From a virus (lineage: Duplodnaviria; Caudoviricetes): 64,000 nt of DNA. A model generated the notes under the pieces. It did no database searches and was not told the DNA's origin. It worked only from the letters and a program-made list of their open reading frames with translations. Position numbers and translations under genes: made by a program. Shown piece by piece: positions 31,188 to 41,685 of this stretch (the first letter of the stretch is position 1; every line of letters starts with the position of its first letter). The stretch is from positions 104,877 through 168,876 of the IMG/VR virus record IMGVR_UViG_2595698755_000001; one strand, written 5' to 3'.

Positions 31188-31898
31188 TTATCTTTTTTCT
31201 ACAATTATCGCTTTCTTTAAACCCATTTGAACTGTTGGTACTGTGCTTACTACATCTTCTAGAGGTGCTGAATCTTCAAGTGAAAATCCAAATTTCTTTT
31301 CGATATATTTAATAAGTTTCATACTATCTAGTTCACCTTTGTTGAACTTTTCTTGTGCTTTATTAACGAACGTTTTTTGTGTACCTTTTGGCATTACGTC
31401 AATTAGATTAACAATTTCTTCATATGGTTTTTCGAATACTAAGTCAATATTTTCTTTTGTTAAGATATTTTCATATGAATCAACTAATCCAAATTCTTTT
31501 TGAACTTCTTCATCTAAAACAATTAACATACATTCTGTAAGCATACGTGGAGATTTGTTACGTAAAGTTAGTAATTCACCATATTCAATAGTATCTTCTT
31601 GACCAAAATCTTTAAATTCCCAAGACCTGTTAGTACGTTCGGAATGATAATATAGTCCACCCATTAATCCATTCATTACAGGGATTAGGTCACTATCATT
31701 AATTTTTTTATTTTTTTCTCGTACAATACGTTTTGATTTAGATTGTAAAACTTCTGCATCTTCTTTTTCTGCATCAATTAAAGCTTGTAATTTTGCATTT
31801 GTGTAAGGTTTACCTTGTGCATCAAATTTTAAATCTGCTTTTTCATAACCATATTCATCTACTAAAATTTTAATTAAATCTGATTTTTTTAAACTCAT
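31188..31898 (-). CDS. Hypothetical protein, 236 aa
   Basis: ORF with AGGAG RBS following the capsid gene. Confidence 0.6.
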   Translation of the reverse strand: MSLKKSDLIKILVDEYGYEKADLKFDAQGKPYTNAKLQALIDAEKEDAEVLQSKSKRIVREKNKKINDSDLIPVMNGLMGGLYYHSERTNRSWEFKDFGQEDTIEYGELLTLRNKSPRMLTECMLIVLDEEVQKEFGLVDSYENILTKENIDLVFEKPYEEIVNLIDVMPKGTQKTFVNKAQEKFNKGELDSMKLIKYIEKKFGFSLEDSAPLEDVVSTVPTVQMGLKKAIIVEKR

Positions 31899-31981
31899 TT
31901 TAATTGTCTCCTTTTATCCTTTTATTCTAAAAGATAACTAGAGGAATAAATCCCCTAGTTATACTATTATTTTTGACTCTA

Positions 31982-32977
31982 TTAAGTTAACTTAACGAAT
32001 CCGAACACTTTAGAAGTGATTACCGCAATACCGAAACGGTTAGCGATGAAGTATTCTTGCATCATGTCAGCAGAGATACCGCCCGCTTGGTCTTGGATAA
32101 TTGCATCTCCTTCGTTGATGATTTTAATCATCTTGTCATGATTTTGAGGTAGAATTAGTAACATGTTGTTGTCGATTGCGAACGTGTCAGTACCGTAGTT
32201 GTGAGCCTGTTCGATTTCACGTAATTCTACTCCTGCGATTTCACCGTAGTAACCTACTTTGTTACGGTAGTTACGCATTTCGTCAGTAATCATACCTGCG
32301 CTTGGAGCAAGTCTACGAAGTGCTAATTTAGTACCGTAGATTGCTACATCTTCACCTGTACGGATTTTGATGTGCATTGCAGTTTCTACAATCTTTTCTT
32401 CGTCTAAAGTTCCAGTCCAGTGATATGTACTGTTGTACTCACCGTAAGATGCTAATAGAGCATCGTAGATACGTAGAGTTAAGTCACGCTTGAATGACTC
32501 AGCGATAAGACCCATTAAGTCAGACCATTGTACACGACCTGCTAAGAAACGGTGGAAGTCTTCACCAATTTTGATTGCGTATGTATCAACATTAACCGCA
32601 AACTCTTGGTCGTCACGTAAACGCTGTCTACGGATATTACCGTTACCATCAGATACTAAAGCCACTCGGAAGATGTCTTTAACAGGTACTTTGAATACGT
32701 TTGTGTCTCCCCATTTAAGGTTACGGTATTCAGCGAATCCGTCAAATTGATTTCCTAAACCTTCGTGTAAAGTTTCGTTGATGATTTCTTCTAAGATTTC
32801 GAAAATCTCTGCTCTGTGTTTACGGAACGTTTGACGAGAAATTTCACCACTCTCTGTTGAAAACTCCATTAAGTCAGCGAATGCGCTACGTAAAGTTTCG
32901 TTTTGTTCTTGTTTTGAATAATTTGTAACTCTGCCTAGAGTGATATCTACAGCTAATTTAACAATATCTTTATGCAT
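31982..32977 (-). CDS. Major capsid protein
   Basis: 331 aa; position after scaffold and decoration genes; IFEILEE, FLAGRVQW, IYGTKLAL motifs; strong RBS and downstream hairpin (31934-31962). Confidence 0.8.
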   Translation of the reverse strand: MHKDIVKLAVDITLGRVTNYSKQEQNETLRSAFADLMEFSTESGEISRQTFRKHRAEIFEILEEIINETLHEGLGNQFDGFAEYRNLKWGDTNVFKVPVKDIFRVALVSDGNGNIRRQRLRDDQEFAVNVDTYAIKIGEDFHRFLAGRVQWSDLMGLIAESFKRDLTLRIYDALLASYGEYNSTYHWTGTLDEEKIVETAMHIKIRTGEDVAIYGTKLALRRLAPSAGMITDEMRNYRNKVGYYGEIAGVELREIEQAHNYGTDTFAIDNNMLLILPQNHDKMIKIINEGDAIIQDQAGGISADMMQEYFIANRFGIAVITSKVFGFVKLT

Positions 32978-33008
32978 TATTTTTTCCTCCTTGGATATAC
33001 CTTTTTAA

Positions 33009-33533
33009 TTATTTACGCACAATTTTTAATGCGAAAGCTTTTGCTTTTTGGTGTAATTCATAACCAGAATCTTCGATTACATTGAATACGATTTTAGCTT
33101 CTGCGCCTGTTGTAGCATCAGCTTTAACTAAAAGACCGTTAGCACCTGCGATAAGTTTGTCGCCTACTACTGGAGCAGTTCCGAAGTAGTCTGCTGTTAA
33201 AGTGATGATATCACCTGTAGCTAATGCGTAAGCACGAGCAACTTTACCTGCTTCGATACGGAAGTCCTCTAATTTGTATTTCTTTTCGTCATACATTACT
33301 TCTGAATTGTGAATGAAATAGATTTCCTCTGTGTGGTCACCAACTTCTGTTAATGTAGCTTTGTGAACCTCACGTGGATTACGAACGTTCATTAACTCTC
33401 CAAGTGTAACGAATACACCGTTTTGAGTTTCTACTGCAACTCCTGCACCGTTATGTACGATTACTGATTCTAAGTTACCGTTGTAACCAGATAATAGAAT
33501 ATCTTTTCTTGTAACATAAATTTTATCTGCCAT
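33009..33533 (-). CDS. Putative capsid decoration/minor head protein, 174 aa
   Basis: Between scaffold and capsid; NGVFV.LG, GK.ARAY.L..GD motifs. Confidence 0.6.
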   Translation of the reverse strand: MADKIYVTRKDILLSGYNGNLESVIVHNGAGVAVETQNGVFVTLGELMNVRNPREVHKATLTEVGDHTEEIYFIHNSEVMYDEKKYKLEDFRIEAGKVARAYALATGDIITLTADYFGTAPVVGDKLIAGANGLLVKADATTGAEAKIVFNVIEDSGYELHQKAKAFALKIVRK

Positions 33534-33561
33534 TATTTTTTCCTCCTAGTAATTTTACAAA

Positions 33562-34992
33562 CTATTGTTTGTTTCCATATTTCTCGAATAATCCGCCATA
33601 TTGCTTTGGCTTTTCTTCGTTTTTATCATTACCTAATGGTAATCGAATGCTAGTATTCTCTTTCTTATGAGAGAAGTTTTGCTTGTTAGCGAATGCTTTA
33701 CGTCCTAAGATGCTGTAGCATTTTTCTTGAACTTGCTCTAATGTAAATTCATTAGCACTTGCTAAGATTTCTGATACACCTTCATCTTCCTCAGTTAAGC
33801 CTAACTCAGCGATTGTGTCTGCAATTTTAGTTTCATGCTCTGCATCTTCTACAGCTTTCTTGAAAGCTTTTAATTGCTTGTTTTCTGCAACGATAGAATT
33901 GTAAGAAGCTAAAAGTTCGTCATAGTCAGCTTGGTCTTCTTCATTAGAGAATTTACCTTTTTCTTTCTTAGCTTTCTTTTTCTTCTTTTCTTCTTCTTCG
34001 TCTACTGGTTTCTCGTCAGCAGGTTTCTTTTCATCAGCAGGAACTTTTTCTTTGTCCTCTGGTTTCTTTTCATCCTCTGGCTTAGAATCCTTTTTGTCTT
34101 CTGGTTTCTGTTCCTTATCGTCAGCAGGTTTTTGTTCGCCACCATCTTTGTTATCTTCTGGTTTTTTGTCTTTTTCTTCATCGTCTTTCTTCTTTTTCTT
34201 AGCGAAATCAGAAATAACTGTTTCTAAAGACTCACCTTCTAGACCTTCAATAGCAACTCCTGCTTCTGTTAAGTCCTCAACTGAAACTGAATACTTTTCT
34301 AGTAATTGTTCTAAAGTCAAATTAATAACCTCCTTGTTTGTATTTAGAGAATTTTTCAACTCATTCATCATTTGTGCGAACTCTTCTTTCATTTGAGCGA
34401 ACTCGCTTTTGAATGAATCTTTATCTTCAAATGAATAAGCTGTAATATTAGCATCTTCAAATGCAGGTTCAGTCTCGTCACCTAAGATGCATAGTGCAGA
34501 GAAAATAAAATCATCTATACGATAACTATTATCTTTTTCTACCCATTCACCATCAACGACTTCAATTTCCATTGATTGACCTTTGCCTTTTTCTACTACG
34601 CTAAAAGCTTCTTCATATCTACCTGTCCATAAATAACAACCGTTAATAACTAGATATTCACGAGTTGTTCCATCTGCACCCTCAACCGTTTCCCAACTAA
34701 AAGTAGCTGATTCTGGTACGACACCATAAGGTTTAGTAGTGTGAACATATTTATATGTATCTAAATCTATCTTTCCACCATGACCTTTATAGTCTTTAGC
34801 TTCCATTGAAAACTCACCAACAATAGGAATGTTGTAAATAGTTGGTAGTGCTTTTTCAACTGCATCTCTTGTGATATTCGACATATTACGATTTTGACCA
34901 GTATAAAGTGTTCTTACTTTACAGGTGGAGAAAAGAGGGTGGACTTTTTTGACATCACTAATACTAGCTTGGAAGTCTAATCTTTTACCCAT
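33562..34992 (-). CDS. Prohead protease/scaffold fusion
   Basis: N-terminal NRNMS, PIVG, LWTGRY, QSMEI, FSALCILG..EPAF protease-like domain; acidic, low-complexity scaffold C-terminus. Confidence 0.75.
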   Translation of the reverse strand: MGKRLDFQASISDVKKVHPLFSTCKVRTLYTGQNRNMSNITRDAVEKALPTIYNIPIVGEFSMEAKDYKGHGGKIDLDTYKYVHTTKPYGVVPESATFSWETVEGADGTTREYLVINGCYLWTGRYEEAFSVVEKGKGQSMEIEVVDGEWVEKDNSYRIDDFIFSALCILGDETEPAFEDANITAYSFEDKDSFKSEFAQMKEEFAQMMNELKNSLNTNKEVINLTLEQLLEKYSVSVEDLTEAGVAIEGLEGESLETVISDFAKKKKKDDEEKDKKPEDNKDGGEQKPADDKEQKPEDKKDSKPEDEKKPEDKEKVPADEKKPADEKPVDEEEEKKKKKAKKEKGKFSNEEDQADYDELLASYNSIVAENKQLKAFKKAVEDAEHETKIADTIAELGLTEEDEGVSEILASANEFTLEQVQEKCYSILGRKAFANKQNFSHKKENTSIRLPLGNDKNEEKPKQYGGLFEKYGNKQ

Positions 34993-35019
34993 TTCCTTTC
35001 ACCTCCTTTAAAGATTTGT

Positions 35020-36528
35020 TTATTTAGTAGTTGGTTTCGCATTCGGTTTATCTTGACCTCTTGCAGTCTCATCAGAAACGTCTTTGGCATCCTTCTTAGG
35101 TCTACCATCTTCTGCTCCTGCTAATCCTTCTGCACCCATTGTGTGGGACGACATCATAGGAATAAACTTGTCATGCATCTCTAGTAAGTCATTCTCTAAG
35201 TAAGCCATATTCATTGTTTCAATTGGGTCTAAACCTACAACTGCACAAACATGACTCTTAACTGGAACGCCAAACTGACCTGCTTCTAAGTACATCTTGA
35301 ATACTTCTTGCTTGTTGTATTCTGTTACGTGAAGCAGATTTATATTAAACATTAAATCTTTAAATTCATTTTTTAAATATCTATTAATCCATCGTTGAAT
35401 TTGAGTCAATACTGCAAAGACAATTTCTTCATCTGTTTTAATAGACATTAGTAAGCCTTGTGATGTTGACTTGTCAGCACCGAATAATAGGCTTGAAACA
35501 CCTAAACCGTCCCAAAGGTCACGTTGTGCCTTTTGAACTCCATCGCTATCTGCTCTGTCTCTATCAAACTTAACTGGCTCAATTTTCATTGGAGATGTAA
35601 TAATACCGACATTATCTGGTACAGTATTACTTGCCATTTCATGGAAGAATCTCATTGTTTCTTCGTCAATTGCGAAGTCATTGTTATCTTCACTATCTGG
35701 GCGCATTGGCAATTGTTGTGTAAGAATCATATAGTTTCCTAGTTCTTCTTTATCTTTACGAAGTTGTTTAAATCCTTCGATATCAAACATTGCATCAAAT
35801 GACCCTGCGAATGGTGGGAAAATATCTAACATATGTTCGTTAATCTTAATACAGATTGTGTTCTCTGCACTAAGTTCTACATATGATTCCAATTTAGAAT
35901 TAGTATTTTTTACTCTTTTCCAAACTGCATATTTTTCTTGAACTTCTTTTCCATATAATAGAAGTCTTTCTTCATCTTTTTCAAAGTATCTCATGTCAAT
36001 ACTAAAGTTATAAACTCCATCTTCTACAGATGTGATTTGACAGATATCACCTTGAATATGCTGAATGTAAAATGATTTTTTATCTCTATGTACATATCCA
36101 TAAAAAACATCTTCTTTAAAAGCTGTTGATAGAACTTTTGACATCTCATGACGTAATTCCATGAGTTTCATCAATTCACCAATCTCAGTATATTGTTTTA
36201 ATACTTTACTTTTGTTTAATTTTTTGATATCCTTAATAGGAGTGATAACATGTGAGAATAACGCCATGTTAGAAAGATACCATAATAGACGTTGATATTG
36301 TGGACTCTTTGCAAATAAGATGTTGGAAATCTCAACTAGTTTCTTTTGATTTCGTTGGTCTTTATAATTTTCAACAATCTCTCGAACTTCACTTTGTTTA
36401 TACTTCTTTAAGAATTGACGACCATCTCTGCTCTTTCTTAAATCATTAACGATAAGTCTTTGAAAAGCCATTCTATCAAACTGCATTCGGCTAATTCTTT
36501 CTTTACTTTCTTGATTTTGCTCTGACAT
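35020..36528 (-). CDS. Portal protein
   Basis: 502 aa directly after the terminase; C-terminal SSHT...GRPKK tail. Confidence 0.75.
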   Translation of the reverse strand: MSEQNQESKERISRMQFDRMAFQRLIVNDLRKSRDGRQFLKKYKQSEVREIVENYKDQRNQKKLVEISNILFAKSPQYQRLLWYLSNMALFSHVITPIKDIKKLNKSKVLKQYTEIGELMKLMELRHEMSKVLSTAFKEDVFYGYVHRDKKSFYIQHIQGDICQITSVEDGVYNFSIDMRYFEKDEERLLLYGKEVQEKYAVWKRVKNTNSKLESYVELSAENTICIKINEHMLDIFPPFAGSFDAMFDIEGFKQLRKDKEELGNYMILTQQLPMRPDSEDNNDFAIDEETMRFFHEMASNTVPDNVGIITSPMKIEPVKFDRDRADSDGVQKAQRDLWDGLGVSSLLFGADKSTSQGLLMSIKTDEEIVFAVLTQIQRWINRYLKNEFKDLMFNINLLHVTEYNKQEVFKMYLEAGQFGVPVKSHVCAVVGLDPIETMNMAYLENDLLEMHDKFIPMMSSHTMGAEGLAGAEDGRPKKDAKDVSDETARGQDKPNAKPTTK

Positions 36529-36542
36529 ATTTCAACCTCCTT

Positions 36543-38252
36543 TTAATTCCAAATTTTGTATTTTGCTTCTTTGACTGCAAAGAAACTTGATGCATCGAAA
36601 GTTTGTCTCTTTCTTTGCTTATTTTTTTGTTCTAATTGATACATATAGAAGATACCGTATGCTAAAGCCGAGTATCTATCTTTCTCAATACTTCTAGAAA
36701 TCTGTTTAACATTTGTTGTGTTACCAGTTTGTACATACTCCAAGTTCATGATTTCATCAATCATTCTGTCCACTTGAATGTGTGGCATAAGCTTTTCAGC
36801 TAATCTATTACCATCTTTATCTCTGATAATACCACGCATATTTGCTTCTGATTTCAACATAAAGATATCACCATTCTGAATCGTTGACATGAATACGTTA
36901 ACGATATCAGTATTCTTAGATTCTTTAGATTGTGAAGAAATCAAGTGTAACATTGGAATACTATTTGCTTTCTTGTATTTGTCATATCTGTCATCATTGA
37001 CAACAGCATATGGAGGATTTGCATCAATCTCTGTTACTAGAATATCTGTAACCCCACGACCAATACCGTTGTGGTCAAGAACTAATATACTTGCATTATA
37101 TTCTACGACTTTCTTTTTCAAGAACAACGCTTGCTCATGGAAGTGAGTACCTTCTTTTGTAAACATGTTTACTAAGAATTTCTGGTATGTACCATCACCA
37201 CGAGGAACTGCTTTGATAACAGCTAAAGACGAGTTAGCAGTTTGTTTACCTTCTGCACGAGCGATGTCGTAAGCAAGAACATAAATTGCATCCTTATCTT
37301 TCTTTTTAGTTGAATTAGGGTCTACTCTGAACTCTGCTTCCTCGACAGTTCTACATCTAGTAATCTCTTCAACAGTTACTAGTGAACGTTCATTTGAACC
37401 TGTAAAAATACTTCCATACTCTCTATCGAATGATAAAGGAGAATATGTAGCTGAATTTTTCTTTTCAATAACATCGGCATAATCTAATGTACCGAATCGA
37501 GTACCCATTTCGTAAGAACTACCTAATACGATAGTAGGCTCTCCACGAACCATTTCTCCAAACAATTCCATATACTTTTCATAACAGTATGATTGTTTGT
37601 GTGAAGCAGTTGTGATATATGCTTGTGTCTTAGAATACTCATTTGGGTCAGCCCCATGTTTTGTCATACGTGGTTGTGCTAGAATTGGAAGGATAACGTT
37701 GTTTATCGTATCTCTATCCATCTTCTCATCTACAATCTCTTCTAGTGCAATACCATTAGCACGAAGACCACGAGATGATTCTCCAACTGTTAGTGTATCT
37801 AGTGATGCACCATTACGGAATCTTAAACTCACATAGTCCTTTTGAAACTTGAAATCAATTAATTCATTTTTTAAAATAGGATAGTCACGCCATAGTTCTT
37901 CTACTTTCTCTTGAACTACTTTCGCACTTTGAGTTTTCGTAGGCATCGCTAAACAGATACTAGCATCTGGATACATAACACATTTTAAGTAATGTGCCAT
38001 TACATCTATGTATGTCTTGGAAATACCACGACTTGCAACAATTCCAACCTTTTTCTTTCTAAAGAATGCTCTTAAAAACACTCGTTGGAATGGTGTCAAA
38101 TCAAATCGGGTAACATCCGTTTTAATATAATCTATAAAATAATCTGGATACTCTCTGAAAAAAGATAACATTTTTGCGAAGTCATCTTTAACAGCATCAA
38201 AAGTACCGCTTTTATTATTCTTCTTCTTCTGGCTCATATTCCATAACCTCAT
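36543..38252 (-). CDS. terL: Terminase large subunit (start probably 38237)
   Basis: ASRGISKT Walker A, RGLRANGIALEE Walker B, ITTA coupling motif, LAYDIAR / LDHNGIG / KDRYSA nuclease motifs. Confidence 0.9.
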   Translation of the reverse strand: MRLWNMSQKKKNNKSGTFDAVKDDFAKMLSFFREYPDYFIDYIKTDVTRFDLTPFQRVFLRAFFRKKKVGIVASRGISKTYIDVMAHYLKCVMYPDASICLAMPTKTQSAKVVQEKVEELWRDYPILKNELIDFKFQKDYVSLRFRNGASLDTLTVGESSRGLRANGIALEEIVDEKMDRDTINNVILPILAQPRMTKHGADPNEYSKTQAYITTASHKQSYCYEKYMELFGEMVRGEPTIVLGSSYEMGTRFGTLDYADVIEKKNSATYSPLSFDREYGSIFTGSNERSLVTVEEITRCRTVEEAEFRVDPNSTKKKDKDAIYVLAYDIARAEGKQTANSSLAVIKAVPRGDGTYQKFLVNMFTKEGTHFHEQALFLKKKVVEYNASILVLDHNGIGRGVTDILVTEIDANPPYAVVNDDRYDKYKKANSIPMLHLISSQSKESKNTDIVNVFMSTIQNGDIFMLKSEANMRGIIRDKDGNRLAEKLMPHIQVDRMIDEIMNLEYVQTGNTTNVKQISRSIEKDRYSALAYGIFYMYQLEQKNKQRKRQTFDASSFFAVKEAKYKIWN

Positions 38253-39135
38253 CTCGCCACTCTGTATCTGGCTCTGTGGTCACTGGCTTATCAACTAATC
38301 TTTCTACGAATTGTTGGTAATACATTAACATGTAATCAATATCGTCTTTCTTGAACTCTACTAGTTTAGGAGGAATGAATCCTTCTTTCTCAATCTCAGC
38401 CCATACTTGAGAGAATGAGAAAAGACCAGTTGCTTCTGACCCACTCTTCTTATCTACAGGGCGCATACCTGCTGATTTAAGGAGGATATCATATTCTTTA
38501 TTAATCTTCCCATATTGTGTGAAGTCTTTTCTTGCTAGTGCGTTGTCGGCTTCTACAGATAATTTTGCTAATTGCTTTAACATGTGTTTGTGATTCGTTT
38601 CTTTTACTTCGTAACTCATCATCATATCTTGGTAGTATTTTTCTAATCGTAAGTATTCGTGCTTTTGATAACCAATGCCCCAACGAGACACTAGAGAATC
38701 TGAATACTCGATTATTTCACCGTCTTCTCTTTCAATCTTTTCTGAAAGTTGTGAAGCTTGTACATCAAGTGCAGTACCAATACCAACAGCTTGACTGTCA
38801 TCGAAACTTTTATTTTTTACTTGGTTAAGAGAATTTATTTTTCTAATATATTCTCCTAATGGATGATTTTTTGATTTTGTTGCTTCATCCCAATACTTCT
38901 GATTGAAAGGTTTATCAATCTGTCTTAGGAAACTAATTACTTGTTCCATATCATTAACATCGACTTGTGCACGAACACAATCACGACATGTGTTTATCAT
39001 TCCATCTGGAAATAACGGACTATCAACTTTAAAAAAGAAAGTAGTCGCTTTATCCTTACCACAAGATGAACATTGTTTCTTTGGTGTAGGCTCTTTTTTC
39101 TTCCTTGTACTCATTAACTTCACTCCTTTTCTCAA
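38215..39135 (-). CDS. Putative terminase small subunit with N-terminal Zn-finger
   Basis: CSSC...CRDC motifs; directly upstream of terL. Confidence 0.55.
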   Translation of the reverse strand: MRKGVKLMSTRKKKEPTPKKQCSSCGKDKATTFFFKVDSPLFPDGMINTCRDCVRAQVDVNDMEQVISFLRQIDKPFNQKYWDEATKSKNHPLGEYIRKINSLNQVKNKSFDDSQAVGIGTALDVQASQLSEKIEREDGEIIEYSDSLVSRWGIGYQKHEYLRLEKYYQDMMMSYEVKETNHKHMLKQLAKLSVEADNALARKDFTQYGKINKEYDILLKSAGMRPVDKKSGSEATGLFSFSQVWAEIEKEGFIPPKLVEFKKDDIDYMLMYYQQFVERLVDKPVTTEPDTEWRDEVMEYEPEEEE

Positions 39136-39270
39136 TATAAAAAAGAGTATTTAGAGAACGTCCCAACCGCAAGGGAGAGTTAGCGATTGAGACATTATAA
39201 AATACCCCTCATTAATAATGCCTTTAACTAAGGCACTTTGTGACCATTTTGATAAAATTCCTCTTTTATC

Positions 39271-39834
39271 TTAAATAAAATCTCTATCATGATGGAATCC
39301 ACCACGAATATGTTTGTACTTTCTGATTTCTTTGTAGTCTTCGTATCTTACACTGCAATCTACTAAAATACCATTAGGGAATTTGCGACCCATAACTTCA
39401 TGATATTTACCTACCATTACAGAAAGGTTTTCTCCACGTGCACCAAACTCTTTAACAGCAAGTTCTTTTGCATGTTCTACTAAACCACTATGACCTACTA
39501 AAATAGGTATATTAAAATCTAAAGACAGACCAATTAGTAAAGTTGTTTTCCCAACTTGTCTATCTGCTTCGGTTACTCTAATCAACTTTCCTTGATTTGC
39601 TATACCATCTTTTAATCTTGAATTGAAAACTTGTTCCTGCAATAATTTGTTAAGTTCTAAACGTCTGAAAGATGCTTGAATCTTACCATCAAATCCAAAT
39701 TCTTTTTCATGTACGATTTCTAAAACTTCTCTAATTTCCTTTTCACAACGGAATCCATTAGAGTTTAACCCCGACAAAATTCTTAAATAATCCAACATTT
39801 CTTCTCTTTCAATATTACTCATCATCATCATCAA
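39271..39834 (-). CDS. Hypothetical protein with P-loop-like RQVGKTT motif
   Basis: ORF 187 aa; RQVGKTT and ILVD motifs. Confidence 0.55.
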   Translation of the reverse strand: MMMMMSNIEREEMLDYLRILSGLNSNGFRCEKEIREVLEIVHEKEFGFDGKIQASFRRLELNKLLQEQVFNSRLKDGIANQGKLIRVTEADRQVGKTTLLIGLSLDFNIPILVGHSGLVEHAKELAVKEFGARGENLSVMVGKYHEVMGRKFPNGILVDCSVRYEDYKEIRKYKHIRGGFHHDRDFI

Positions 39835-39853
39835 TCTTCTTTCTTTGAAAAAT

Positions 39854-41095
39854 TTATTTAAAAGTTACCCAACGCACTTCAATCTCGCCATCTTCATGAA
39901 TGATATGATAGCTTTGTGAAGGAGAGGACACCTTTCTTAACTTGTTTAAAACAAAATCATCTGCACCCTTTAAACTTCCACTTACTGAAATAAACTTGTT
40001 ATCATGTACCTCTTTTAAATAACGTGTGTGAGTGTGTCCCATCAACACTAGGTCATAATCTATCTTGTCAATTTCAGAGTGTCGTGCTAGTAAACCTGCA
40101 TCATTCTGGTTGTCTAGGTCACCATGTAATGCCAAAATACTCTTACCATTTACAACGAATGAGTGCTTATAGTCTTCTGCTTGCTCATATGTAATTCTAT
40201 CAATCTTTGCATTAGTGATAAATTGTTCAATTGCATAGTTGATAGCTTTTACTGCATGGTCACCATCAATGCCTTTGTTCTTATCTCCATCTACTCTATC
40301 GTGATTACCTGCGATACCTGCATAGGTTACCTTGACATGCTGTGATAATCCGATTAGGAATTTCTGGATTAAGTCAGATGCTCTTACAATCTGTTCTGAA
40401 TATGAAAACTCTACTCCAAATCCTTGTGCAAATCGCATTGAAGAATGTTCTACAGTGTCTCCAAGGTTAATTACGTATACGTCTGTAATACCATTAGTTT
40501 TAGCTTCTGCTACGATTTTATTTAAGTATTTTTGCATTCTTTCTTGTGCGATGAAATAATTATATGTATTAACTTTGTTGTCAACGATTGCTCCAATATG
40601 TAAATCTGATAAACTAACAACCATTTTTGAGTTACCTTCAAATTTAATATCTTCTGCTTCTAACTTAAACTCACTGAAATCATGAGCCTTAAATGCATTT
40701 CCAATTTGCTCTGCTGTCAAAGCAAAATCAATAACATCTCGTTTTACTTTATTTAGTTCTTTTAACACATGTTGATTCTCACGCTTCTCATAAGCCATCT
40801 CGCCAACGATTTCTTTAATAGACTCTAGTTTACTATCGGCTACCATATCAGCGTACTTAGGCGCTTCTGGAAGTTCTCCGATGGACTTCTGATAAGCTTT
40901 AATCATGCAACGATATGATTCATTGTTATCTGCATCAAAATAGCCTTCTCGCTCCATCATTTTAACTAACAATGACCATGAGCATTTTCTAGATGGTGAA
41001 GCTTTTTGTAATTCTTGTTTAATTCTTACAGCAGTGTTTAAGTGGCTTTCAGAAACTTTTACAAGTTCTCCACTCTTATTAGTATATGACCGCAT
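39854..41095 (-). CDS. Calcineurin-like metallophosphoesterase, 413 aa
   Basis: SDLH, LGD, GNHDR, HGD, GHTH motifs. Confidence 0.85.
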   Translation of the reverse strand: MRSYTNKSGELVKVSESHLNTAVRIKQELQKASPSRKCSWSLLVKMMEREGYFDADNNESYRCMIKAYQKSIGELPEAPKYADMVADSKLESIKEIVGEMAYEKRENQHVLKELNKVKRDVIDFALTAEQIGNAFKAHDFSEFKLEAEDIKFEGNSKMVVSLSDLHIGAIVDNKVNTYNYFIAQERMQKYLNKIVAEAKTNGITDVYVINLGDTVEHSSMRFAQGFGVEFSYSEQIVRASDLIQKFLIGLSQHVKVTYAGIAGNHDRVDGDKNKGIDGDHAVKAINYAIEQFITNAKIDRITYEQAEDYKHSFVVNGKSILALHGDLDNQNDAGLLARHSEIDKIDYDLVLMGHTHTRYLKEVHDNKFISVSGSLKGADDFVLNKLRKVSSPSQSYHIIHEDGEIEVRWVTFK

Positions 41096-41114
41096 TACTC
41101 AATCACTCCAGTTC

Positions 41115-41318
41115 TTATTCTTCGTCTTCTTCTTCTGCTTCTACACCCATAACTTCGATATCTTCTACAATAGAAATCTTAACTGTCTTACCATCAAACT
41201 CTTTTAAATACTCGAAAAATTCAATTGTTTCTACTGATTCTTTCTTAACTTCGTAAACTACACCTTCTGCCATGTTTAGTTCACCTTTAACACTAAAACT
41301 ATTTGTACGCTTTGCCAT
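41115..41318 (-). CDS. YonK-like small protein
   Basis: SVKG...E..KE...F...L.EFDGK.V.ISI pattern recalls SPbeta YonK; same gene context. Confidence 0.6.
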   Translation of the reverse strand: MAKRTNSFSVKGELNMAEGVVYEVKKESVETIEFFEYLKEFDGKTVKISIVEDIEVMGVEAEEEDEE

Positions 41319-41425
41319 TTCATATTACCCCTTTAATATTTTTGATTTATACTAGAATAAGCCAAGAACACAAGGCTCTTGACTTTATCTATTTCTCTTC
41401 CCGACCACTTGCATTATGCAAGAAA

Positions 41426-41644
41426 TTATTCAGTTGTAGTTGTTTCTGTATCAGTTCCAAACACTTCATTGTAAGGACGAGGTTCGCCACCTACGAATAC
41501 TTCTTGTTCTTCTACTGTTGTATATGTACCATCTTCGTTCTGCTTCACATGAGCAGGAATACGTCTAATTGCTGATTTGTATTGCGGTTCAAACTTTGTT
41601 TTATTCTTACGTGCTTCTTCTCTACGCTCTCTACGATTCTTCAT
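41426..41644 (-). CDS. Hypothetical protein, 72 aa
   Basis: ORF with AGGGG RBS; basic N-terminus. Confidence 0.6.
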   Translation of the reverse strand: MKNRRERREEARKNKTKFEPQYKSAIRRIPAHVKQNEDGTYTTVEEQEVFVGGEPRPYNEVFGTDTETTTTE

Positions 41645-41685
41645 ATTATTATCCCCTTTTTCTCATAATATGGAAGATACGGTTT

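Noticed and set aside
36543-38252. Intron or intein in terminase (also considered for RecD2 and capsid)
   Set aside because: The ORFs are continuous, of normal length, and show no intein or homing endonuclease motifs.
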